Made by a program: the position numbers and the translations under genes | Shown here: positions 1-7,558 of the stretch, piece after piece | How the letters are laid out: each line of letters begins with the position of its first letter | How positions within the stretch are numbered: the stretch's first letter is position 1 | Notes under the pieces: model-generated | Seen by the model: only the letters and a program-made list of their open reading frames with translations | The model's database searches: none | What the model was told of the DNA's origin: nothing | NCBI GenBank assembly: GCA_913050545.1 | Contig: CAJWZY010000001.1 | Location: 1-26,956, forward strand | Direction of reading: 5' to 3' | Length of the DNA: 26,956 bases | DNA from: an uncultured bacterium | Lineage (GTDB): Bacteria > Planctomycetota > UBA8108

Positions 1-1
1 C

Positions 2-1963
2 CCGGCCGCAGATCGGCCTACGGACACCCCGGCCGGGATGGCGCTCTGGGAGATTGAGGTGGTCATTCCTGCGCAGCCTCCCGGCCTGGTCACTTTCGGC
101 CTGCGGGTCATCGATGAGCGCCAGGGACTCAATGTCCTCTTTGATGAGGACAACGCTCCCCGTGACAATCCCGCCATTGCGCCCGTGGTTTCATTCAGCT
201 ACCTCTCCGGTGGAGCTCCCCCCGGAGATTCGGTGGGGGTGAACGAGATCCTGCCTGACAATGAAACCGTGGAGCTTCCGGGCTTTGCCGGCTTTTTTTC
301 CGACAGGTCGCCGGATTACATAGAAATTCATTTCCCGCAGGACTCCGAGGCTGATTTCTACGACCTGTCGGGACATTATCTCGCCGTGGAGCCCGGTCCG
401 GGCACCCCGATTGGAAGGCCGCGAGGCTTCGCGCTTCCGGATGGAATCGCGCCGGTCCCGCGGGGAGGATTCCGCCTGCTCGCTCTCGGACAGGTTCCCC
501 AGGGCGTACCGGTTGCCGAGCTCATCGGTTTTGATCTTCCCGACCCCTGTTCCGGCACACTCTACCTGGTAGGGCCGGATGACCTCGGCAATTGCGTTGT
601 AGACAGGATCTCCTGGGACTGCAGCACGGACATCGGTGGGGAGGTCACCAACGACCGGGCCTATGGAAAATTTTGTGGCGTTGTCGGTTCAGATTCGCGG
701 ATCAACCCATCACCCGGGGAGCCGAATGAGCTCGAGTCCCTGTTCTTTGGGGCTTTTCATACCGATGCCAACAACGCCAGCGATGATCCGAATTCGTGCG
801 TTGAAGGTGTCCTCGCGGTCCTGACGTCTGTTTTCTTTCTGGACGAAGCTATAGTTGGTTCGCAGGCAGCGTTGGGAGAAGATGCGATCACTGAAATCAC
901 CTTTGATGTCGAGGGAGCCACGAAGCTGGGATCTCCCATTATCGCGAACCTGGGGTCCAATGACGCGCCTGATGGATATGTCGCGATCAGCGTTGCCCAG
1001 TCCCTCTTGCTCAATGTCCCTGGAATCTCGAGGGTCGATTACTCGGTCTCCATCGTGGATGCCTGCGGCAACACAATTTCTTCATGCGACCCGGGACAAA
1101 GGTGCTTCAGCCTGGGCATTGGCTCCGAAGGGTTGCCGGGAGTGGTCATCAACGAGGCCAACAGGAAATCCGTCCTGCCTGGGAGCGGGGGCGTGGCTCG
1201 TCCCTGGCTTGAACTCTATAATGGATCCGCCGAAAGCATCGACCTTGGCGGCATGTTTCTCTCGGCGCAGGCGAGGGCTCCCCGTGACGTCCCGCTCCCG
1301 CAGGGAACGATACTTGCCGCGGGCGAAGCACTGGTTGTATTGACCGATGGAGGGCCCGCCCTGCAGGGAGTCGGGGTTCCCTCCCACCTGGTTGTCGAGC
1401 TGGATTGGATTACCCGGAAGGTGTTCTGTTTCAACCCGAATGAGCCCTGTGATCAACCAGGTTCAGCCAACCTGATTCGCAGCGTCTGCGGTATTGACCC
1501 CGATTCTCCCGAAGACACACCGGACCCGGTCCGGATCTATCTCACCGACCACATAGATCGTGGCTCCTGCCTGGTGGATGTATTCGGTTTCGAGTTCCCG
1601 AATCCGGATTGCTCGGATGGAACCAGCATGGGGCGCTTTCCGGACGGAGCAGAGGAGATTGTTGAGCTGGCGGAGCCTTCCCCGGGGGTGGGAGCAGCGC
1701 CGGTTACCTTTATCAGGGGAGATGCCGATGGAGACGGGGTTGTGGACAGTAAAGACGTGCAGCTGATCCTCGAGCTCGCCACCGGACAGGGAGTCCCACC
1801 CCCCTGCATGGACCGCTTCGACGTCGATGACAACGGCCAGGTGAACACCACCGATGGAATCTACCTTTTGACTTTCTTCAACTCCAATGGCCCTCCTCCC
1901 CCTCCTCCCTTCCCGGAAGAAGGAGAGGATCCCACTCCTGACCTCTTGAGCTGTACAAGGTGA
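2..1963 (+). CDS. Secreted/surface protein with two lamin-tail (LTD) domains and a C-terminal dockerin-like (double EF-hand) module; 5'-truncated by the window edge
   Basis: Frame is open from position 2 (no stop upstream of ATG 38). Two LTD-like segments: VGVNEILPDN...DYIEIH...DLSGHYL and VVINEAN...PWLELYNGSAESIDLGGMFLS. C-terminus FIRGDADGDGVVDSKD...CMDRFDVDDNGQVNTTD...PFPEEGEDPTPDLLSC has two Ca-binding-type loops (starts nt 1709). Confidence 0.8.
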   Translation, partial: PAADRPTDTPAGMALWEIEVVIPAQPPGLVTFGLRVIDERQGLNVLFDEDNAPRDNPAIAPVVSFSYLSGGAPPGDSVGVNEILPDNETVELPGFAGFFSDRSPDYIEIHFPQDSEADFYDLSGHYLAVEPGPGTPIGRPRGFALPDGIAPVPRGGFRLLALGQVPQGVPVAELIGFDLPDPCSGTLYLVGPDDLGNCVVDRISWDCSTDIGGEVTNDRAYGKFCGVVGSDSRINPSPGEPNELESLFFGAFHTDANNASDDPNSCVEGVLAVLTSVFFLDEAIVGSQAALGEDAITEITFDVEGATKLGSPIIANLGSNDAPDGYVAISVAQSLLLNVPGISRVDYSVSIVDACGNTISSCDPGQRCFSLGIGSEGLPGVVINEANRKSVLPGSGGVARPWLELYNGSAESIDLGGMFLSAQARAPRDVPLPQGTILAAGEALVVLTDGGPALQGVGVPSHLVVELDWITRKVFCFNPNEPCDQPGSANLIRSVCGIDPDSPEDTPDPVRIYLTDHIDRGSCLVDVFGFEFPNPDCSDGTSMGRFPDGAEEIVELAEPSPGVGAAPVTFIRGDADGDGVVDSKDVQLILELATGQGVPPPCMDRFDVDDNGQVNTTDGIYLLTFFNSNGPPPPPPFPEEGEDPTPDLLSCTR

Positions 1964-2096
1964 GTGGTAGAGGAGAGGACAGGACAACTCGTATTTCCGG
2001 AACATGGGGCCGACTTTATCGCTTTTTTCAGCCTGAAATTCTCTAACTGGCGTGGAACTGCCATGTTGCAGGCATTCTGATGCCGATACTTATCCT

Positions 2097-3665
2097 ATGA
2101 GCGAATTACCACACAGAATTTTTATCCCCGGGCGATGCGGCTTCCTCATGGTCGCATCCTTCCTGGCCGTTCTTTTCATTTTCCCCGCTCCTGCCTGGTC
2201 GCAGGCTCCCGCAAAGGGTGCAGATCTCGAGAAGAGGCTCGAAGACCTGGGCGAGGAGGTCGAGAAGCTCAAGGGCAAGCTCAAGAAGCTGAAGGATGAC
2301 AAGTCAGCCGAGACCCTGCTGACCCTCGGAGGCGTCGGGATGATGCTGGGGGGTAAGATCGAGTTCAATTTTCTCGCTCCCGAGGAAGATAATTCGCTGC
2401 AGGGTTTAGGGGCTGGTTTCACCACCGGGCAGGTTGACCCGCATCTCGAGCTGCAACGCCTCAGGCTATCACCCTCGTTTGAGCTCAACCGCTGGATCCA
2501 GGTCCAGTCGCAGATTGACTTCGAGGCGATGGCGGGTGACACAGTCCTCAAGGAGCTCGTTGTACGCCATGATGTACAGCCGTGGTGGTGGCTTCGGTCG
2601 CGTTTCCAGCTTGGCCTTGACGACAGGTTTATTCGACCGGCCCGCAGGACCAAGACCTATCCGCTCATCGGCAATGCCTTCTGGCGTGATGAGTCTCTTG
2701 CGACGGTCTGGCAATTGACCTTCGGTCATAAGAAAGGTGCTGCTGCCGGGATCGATCGCTTTACCAGGGACCTCGATAGCAGCGGTGCAGGAGGCGGTGG
2801 GGCCTTTACCGAGGGCTTCGAAGAGGATCTCGACAGAGATGACTCTCCGGGTGGAGCAGCCCTGAGGGGCCCCTTCGATTTTTCCAACAACTGGGGGGCC
2901 TTCAACCTGTTCCTCTCCCTCGGCCAGGGCTACCAGCTGGGTAATAAGGAGGTCGGCTTCGGCCAGGCGCGCTTTAATGACATCGTGCAGGATGACCGGG
3001 AGCTGGAGGACGATCTTGCGTTTGCAGAGCTGGGGATCGGCGTGGGCTGGCGTCGCAGCTTTGAGAGATTAGGAGAGTTCGGTATTTCAGGTTTTTATTT
3101 CAACGACAATCTTCGCCAGGGCTCGCTCGATTTTCTCCAGGGAGACCTGATGACCAACAGGGCTCCTGACAATTCCGTTGAATCAGGTTACGGCGATTCA
3201 ATCGATGACAATTCGAGCCGTTGCGGCATCAGCCTGGATTACTTTCTGCCGGCCTCTACCATCTTCCCGCGCTGGAGGAAGAACGTGCGCAAGCAGGATG
3301 GTCTGCGGCTGGGCTTTCAGTACATGAATGCCGAAGACGGGAAGATGAGCCGGGATGGCTGGTATACCCAGACCTCCTATCGATTTTCCTTCGGAAAGCT
3401 GCTGGCCGACCGCTACTTCCGCAGCATCGAGCCGCTGTTGCGCTATGGCGCACTTGATGTAGATGCTCCCGGTTCCGCTGGCCAGCCTTTCAAATCACCC
3501 AGCCTGCCCGGCACCTGGGATCGACAGGCGCTGACGGTGGGGGCCCTGCTGGAGGTCACCGGCGACATCTTCATGAAAATGGAATATTCCATGCACTCTG
3601 AAGATGGCGGCGGGGTCGATGTCGACAACGACGAGCTGCTCATCCAGTTGCTGTTGACCTTCTAA
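2097..3665 (+). CDS. Outer-membrane beta-barrel (porin-like) protein with signal peptide and N-terminal coiled coil
   Basis: Hydrophobic signal segment ending in PAPAWS|Q, then a coiled coil (LEKRLEDLGEEVEKLKGKLKKLK). Many alternating amphipathic strands and a C-terminal beta-signal ...ELLIQLLLTF. Start uncertain (GTG 2052, ATG 2097 or ATG 2148). Confidence 0.7.
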   Translation: MSELPHRIFIPGRCGFLMVASFLAVLFIFPAPAWSQAPAKGADLEKRLEDLGEEVEKLKGKLKKLKDDKSAETLLTLGGVGMMLGGKIEFNFLAPEEDNSLQGLGAGFTTGQVDPHLELQRLRLSPSFELNRWIQVQSQIDFEAMAGDTVLKELVVRHDVQPWWWLRSRFQLGLDDRFIRPARRTKTYPLIGNAFWRDESLATVWQLTFGHKKGAAAGIDRFTRDLDSSGAGGGGAFTEGFEEDLDRDDSPGGAALRGPFDFSNNWGAFNLFLSLGQGYQLGNKEVGFGQARFNDIVQDDRELEDDLAFAELGIGVGWRRSFERLGEFGISGFYFNDNLRQGSLDFLQGDLMTNRAPDNSVESGYGDSIDDNSSRCGISLDYFLPASTIFPRWRKNVRKQDGLRLGFQYMNAEDGKMSRDGWYTQTSYRFSFGKLLADRYFRSIEPLLRYGALDVDAPGSAGQPFKSPSLPGTWDRQALTVGALLEVTGDIFMKMEYSMHSEDGGGVDVDNDELLIQLLLTF

Positions 3666-3719
3666 TGGTCCGGCCCCGGGCTTGAGGAGAGTCGTTCAGC
3701 CTCCGCACTTTCCTGCTGC

Positions 3720-3748
3720 TTGACAACCAGGGAACTCCCCCCTAATAT
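3720..3748 (+). promoter_or_regulatory. Putative sigma70-type promoter upstream of the VTC gene
   Basis: Perfect TTGACA at 3720-3725, 17-nt spacer, TAATAT at 3743-3748, inside an AT-richer intergenic stretch. Confidence 0.55.
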
Positions 3749-3872
3749 CGAAATAGGCCTAATGCTTTTCTTCTTAAAGCTTTACGAGCCTATGGCGCAG
3801 TTGGATTTGTGTAACCGGCCGGGCAACCTGCCGGTTTTCGGGGGACTTGTTTCAGCGGAGGTGGGTTCTTTC

Positions 3873-4790
3873 GTGCTTCAGGGCAGGAGCGATAACGGCC
3901 GGATCTCCGGCGAAGAGACTTACAGCCGCAGCCCGAATTACATTCGGCGCTCTGAGACCAAGTATGAGCTCAGCCGGGCGGAATTGTCCGTTATAGAAGG
4001 TGAGTTTTCCCGCCGTCTTCCTGTTTTCGAATTCAATCCCGGCCAGCCGTTTACACACATTACGACGGTGTATTTTGACACCCCCGGGCTGGAGCTCTAT
4101 GAGCGGGCTTGTCGGCGCTACGATGACAACCTGAAGGTCAGGGTTAAGGAATATTACTACCTCGATCCCGACGGCAGGGAGCTTGTCTACCCCTATTGCT
4201 TTATCGAGCTGAAGCAGCGTCGCGATGGCATGGTCTCCAAGCAGCGCCTGCGAGTTGCCAAGGAATGCCTGGCGGATTTCATTCGTGGTGAGGATCTTCG
4301 CGACAGGCTCCGGCCGCAACCTGCTCCAGGTACCAGGGATGAAGGGGTGGTCCAGGATGATTTTGACAGGGCCTATGACGTCCTGCGGGAGAGGCTCGCG
4401 ATGACGCCCCTGAGGCCCGTGTCGGCGATCAATTACCGCCGCAGGGTTTACCAGAGGGATGAAAAAACCCTGCGGGTAACCTTCGATGACCGGATAACGG
4501 TTTATGAGCCGCCGCTGAATCTCTATTGTGAAAAGGCCGCCCTGGTGGCCTCCAGGCTGGGCAGGCCCGTGGGACGGACAGCAAAACTGATTGCTGAAAT
4601 TAAGTGTAGAAATTTGTCAGCAGGTTCCTTCCCGCGCTGGCTTGAAGTTATACTATGCACTCTTGATGCCAGGTCGCTGTCAAAGTTTACGACGAGCGTT
4701 AACTTCATATTGAACAAAGACCAGGAATCAACCCGGGTGCCGGGACCGGACGGTGTCGCCACCAGGGTTGATGGTCCAATGGAAAATTGA
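3873..4790 (+). CDS. VTC domain / polyphosphate polymerase domain-containing protein (CYTH-like triphosphate tunnel fold)
   Basis: Motifs RRSETKYEL (ExK), ITTVYFDTPGLELY, KVRVKEY, FIELKQRRDGMVSKQR, INYRRRVY, LRVTFDD, IAEIK and LSKF match the VTC family pattern. Start placed at GTG 3873 (SD GGAGGT at 3857-3862); the ORF track TTG 3720 lies on the -35 box. Confidence 0.85.
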   Translation: MLQGRSDNGRISGEETYSRSPNYIRRSETKYELSRAELSVIEGEFSRRLPVFEFNPGQPFTHITTVYFDTPGLELYERACRRYDDNLKVRVKEYYYLDPDGRELVYPYCFIELKQRRDGMVSKQRLRVAKECLADFIRGEDLRDRLRPQPAPGTRDEGVVQDDFDRAYDVLRERLAMTPLRPVSAINYRRRVYQRDEKTLRVTFDDRITVYEPPLNLYCEKAALVASRLGRPVGRTAKLIAEIKCRNLSAGSFPRWLEVILCTLDARSLSKFTTSVNFILNKDQESTRVPGPDGVATRVDGPMEN

Positions 4791-4793
4791 GCT

Positions 4794-6590
4794 ATGTCTG
4801 ATTCTGTTTCAGGAAGTCCCGACCAGGACTCTGCGGGGGCCATGGAGCCCGTCTTTATTGACTTTGAGGGTATCGACGGTAGCGGAAAGACCACTCTTTC
4901 CAACCGCATCGCTCAATATCTCATCGATTGCGGAATTCCCGTACATCACGCCAGGGACCAGGGCGTGTTTCGTTCGGAAATATCCAAGGCCATTCGTGAC
5001 CTGACCAGGGACCCTCGCTTCCTGCGCATGTCGGATGTTACCGAGTTCCTGCTCTATGTTGCCAGGGACACGCAGATGATCGACGAGTATATTCGTCCCA
5101 AGCTGCTCCCCGGCAACCTCGTCTTCTGCGACCGCTATCTCTACAGCGCGATCACCCATTCCCATCACGCCAGGGGCTTGTCGCGAGAGGGAGTCGACAA
5201 GGTGCTGGAGCTGGCAGCCAGGGATCTCTGGCCCGACCTGGTGGTCTACTGTGATGTAGATCCCCTGACCTCCCGCCTGCGTAAAAAGATCCAGAAGGTA
5301 CGGGACAAGAAGAAGGCGGGTGATTTTGGCCGCAAGGGGCTCATGGGGATCGGTTTCCGTGAAGAGATGCGCAAGGGCTTCCTCCAGCTGGCCGATGAAG
5401 ATCCAGACAACTGGCTGGTTATCGATAATGCCAATTCAACAATCGAAGAGTCCTTGCAGCGAATCTTCAACCGTATCAAGGATGTGCTGGCCCGCAAGGG
5501 CTACCCGGAAATACCTGATCCATGCTGGGCCGAGCTCAGCTCTGAAGAAAAGCCGCTTGGCGAGTTCGCTGCCGGCTCCCTCGAGATCTGCAAGGGAGAG
5601 GATGAAGAGGGGCGCAGGGTTGCCCTGACCGACCACTTCTATTCTGAACTCGACAGGCTTTGTGAAAATGCCGCGGGCTTCACCGCTCTCTTTACCTCCG
5701 GACTGGACACCCCTGAAGCTCACGCTCTTCGGGCGAAGGTCAAGGACCGGGAGCCGGGCATGGTTGCCAAGGGCCTGGGAGGATTGCGTTCAGAAGAGGC
5801 CATGGATCTTCGTGAAGAGCTCAAGGACACGGTGCCTGTTTTTGTTGCAGGTAGTCTCTCGGGAATGGGGAAAAACCCCCGCGCCTGCCAGCTGCGGCTG
5901 GAGCTTGCGGATGTGGCCCCCGAGCAGATCGCCCTGGCCGTTCGCGGCAGCGATTCTGAGCACGCCTGGGAGCTTCGCGACCAGCTGGACAAGAAGGTTC
6001 CGGACGAGGTGTTGATGAGCCTGCGGGGGCTTGAGACCGAGCGCGCCTGGGAGATGAGGAATGACAGGACCCGGGATAAGTACGCCCGGGCTCTCCTTGA
6101 GAGCCTTGGTGGGATTGACAGCGAGGAGGCCTGGGAGCTGCGCGAACGTTTCTCCGACGAGTTCCTTCCCTGGGTGTTGATCAGCCTGAGGGGGTTGAAA
6201 TCCGAGCGCTCCTGGCAGCTGCGCGAGGAGCATGTATGCCGGGCTCCGAAAATCATCATCAAGACGATTGGTTGCAGTAACGATCCCCGGGCCTGGGATG
6301 TCCGCAACGCCTCCAAGCTCTACGCCAAGGAGGTTCTTGATTCTCTCAGCGGGCTTGATTCCGGCGATGCCTGGCGTCTTCGAATGGAGCTGAAAGACAA
6401 GTGGCCCAACACGGCGGTTTCCAGTATTGGGGCGGGTGCCCAGTCGGAGAGGGACTGGAAATTCCGGTGGGAGATACTTGAGGGGCATCCCGGCAACCAC
6501 CTGCTTGCCAAGCACCTGGTCAAGGCCCAGCTGAAGAGTCTTTCGCGGCGGGCCAAGGAAGAGGCCAGGAAGGAAGAAGGGGCCGTCTGA
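4794..6590 (+). CDS. Thymidylate-kinase-like P-loop domain fused to a C-terminal alpha-helical repeat (HEAT-like) domain
   Basis: N-terminus FIDFEGIDGSGKTT (P-loop), LVFCDRYLYS (DR motif) and WPDLVVYCDVDP are TMK-family hallmarks. About 370 extra C-terminal residues contain a repeated SLxGxxSExAWxLR motif. Starts 3 nt after the VTC stop. tmk symbol withheld because dTMP-site residues deviate. Confidence 0.8.
   Translation: MSDSVSGSPDQDSAGAMEPVFIDFEGIDGSGKTTLSNRIAQYLIDCGIPVHHARDQGVFRSEISKAIRDLTRDPRFLRMSDVTEFLLYVARDTQMIDEYIRPKLLPGNLVFCDRYLYSAITHSHHARGLSREGVDKVLELAARDLWPDLVVYCDVDPLTSRLRKKIQKVRDKKKAGDFGRKGLMGIGFREEMRKGFLQLADEDPDNWLVIDNANSTIEESLQRIFNRIKDVLARKGYPEIPDPCWAELSSEEKPLGEFAAGSLEICKGEDEEGRRVALTDHFYSELDRLCENAAGFTALFTSGLDTPEAHALRAKVKDREPGMVAKGLGGLRSEEAMDLREELKDTVPVFVAGSLSGMGKNPRACQLRLELADVAPEQIALAVRGSDSEHAWELRDQLDKKVPDEVLMSLRGLETERAWEMRNDRTRDKYARALLESLGGIDSEEAWELRERFSDEFLPWVLISLRGLKSERSWQLREEHVCRAPKIIIKTIGCSNDPRAWDVRNASKLYAKEVLDSLSGLDSGDAWRLRMELKDKWPNTAVSSIGAGAQSERDWKFRWEILEGHPGNHLLAKHLVKAQLKSLSRRAKEEARKEEGAV
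5697..6510 (+). repeat. Protein-level tandem repeat, about 10 units of ~27 aa (consensus SLxG[L/I]xSExAW[E/x]LRxxLxxxxPxxV)
   Basis: Units such as SLRGLETERAWEMR, SLGGIDSEEAWELR, SLRGLKSERSWQLR and SLSGLDSGDAWRLR are read directly from the translation. Confidence 0.8.
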
Positions 6591-6623
6591 CCGGTCTCTT
6601 TGCGGCTGCTCTTTTCCGAAGGG

Positions 6624-7499
6624 CTAGTGTGTGCAGTCGTCATCGCCACAATCGTGATCGTGATGGTCATCGTGATCGTGATCGTGATGGTGAGAGGAGA
6701 ACTCAGCGGTTTCCCCTCCATCGGTTTGTGCCCGGTTCACCCGGTGACTTTCGAGGTCTTCTTCGAAGATCCATCCGTAGCATTCTTCCCAGGGTGAGAT
6801 GGTGGGGATGAAGGGGATGCTCTCCGGGTTTTCTTCCAACAGCTCTATCGAATCCTGCAGGCCGGGATTCACTCCTCCATAGTCCTTCATGAAGATCCTG
6901 CGCAGGTCATCAAGGAAGCCGTAGTCGCCGAGCCGGGCGATCGCGGCCGCGGCCTCTTCCAGGGCGCGTTCGCCGGCTGGTTTGCCCAGCTCCCTGGCGA
7001 TCCTTGTTCGCAGAAACTCCCTGATCTCCTCGATGTATTCTTTTTCTTCGAGGGCACCGCAGTCTCCCAGGAGGCCGTAGGTCTGTCGGCGGAGATCAAG
7101 CCCCGGCTCCTCGTCGACCCATTCCATCAGGGCCTCCAGGGCGGGAACCCCGATCCTCAGCAGTGCAATCCCCGAGGCCTGGGAGAGGCTCTCCTCGTCC
7201 TCCAGCGCGAAGCTCCTCAGCAGGGTATGAATTGCCGCCTGGGAGCGGGATTCGGCCAGGATGGCAACGATCCAGAGTGCCGCCTCGTCCTCTCCGAGGT
7301 TTTCATCGACAGCCACCTCGAGCGCGTCAGCCAGTCGGCCCTGGAAATCTCCGTCTTCGAGGGCACTGTTAACAAGGCCGCGTACGGTGCGTGCGATATC
7401 CTGCCTGTCATCGCTGAAGAGACCGGACAGCTCGGGTTCGTCCACCAGGTCTTTTAACGAGGGGCTGTTTAAAAGGTCATCGAGTTCGGAGTCGGGCAT
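6624..7499 (-). CDS. HEAT-repeat-like acidic helical protein with C-terminal His/Asp/Cys-rich tail
   Basis: HEAT-like helices (ALWIVAILAESRSQAAIHTLLRSF; ALLRIGVPALEALMEWV; AAAAIARLGDYGFLDDLRR). Ends HHHDHDHDDHHDHDCGDDDCTH. Confidence 0.7.
   Translation of the reverse strand: MPDSELDDLLNSPSLKDLVDEPELSGLFSDDRQDIARTVRGLVNSALEDGDFQGRLADALEVAVDENLGEDEAALWIVAILAESRSQAAIHTLLRSFALEDEESLSQASGIALLRIGVPALEALMEWVDEEPGLDLRRQTYGLLGDCGALEEKEYIEEIREFLRTRIARELGKPAGERALEEAAAAIARLGDYGFLDDLRRIFMKDYGGVNPGLQDSIELLEENPESIPFIPTISPWEECYGWIFEEDLESHRVNRAQTDGGETAEFSSHHHDHDHDDHHDHDCGDDDCTH
6627..6692 (-). repeat. Low-complexity (ATCGTG)n-type repeat encoding the His/Asp tail
   Basis: Imperfect hexamer repeats atcgtg between 6651 and 6691; the 22 terminal codons encode HHHDHDHDDHHDHDCGDDDCTH. 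Confidence 0.8.
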
Positions 7500-7558
7500 G
7501 GTTTCAGCTGCAGGCTCCGAATGATCCAGGGCGGGTCAGCATCGGCTTAGGTATTCTC

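Noticed and set aside
2048-2061. TGGCGT-N-TGC sigma54-like promoter before the porin gene
   Set aside because: GG-to-GC spacing is 9 nt, whereas sigma54 needs 10.
3720-3872. N-terminal extension of the VTC ORF from TTG 3720
   Set aside because: The TTG coincides with a perfect -35 box, the region is AT-richer and non-homologous-looking, and a better SD/start exists at 3873.
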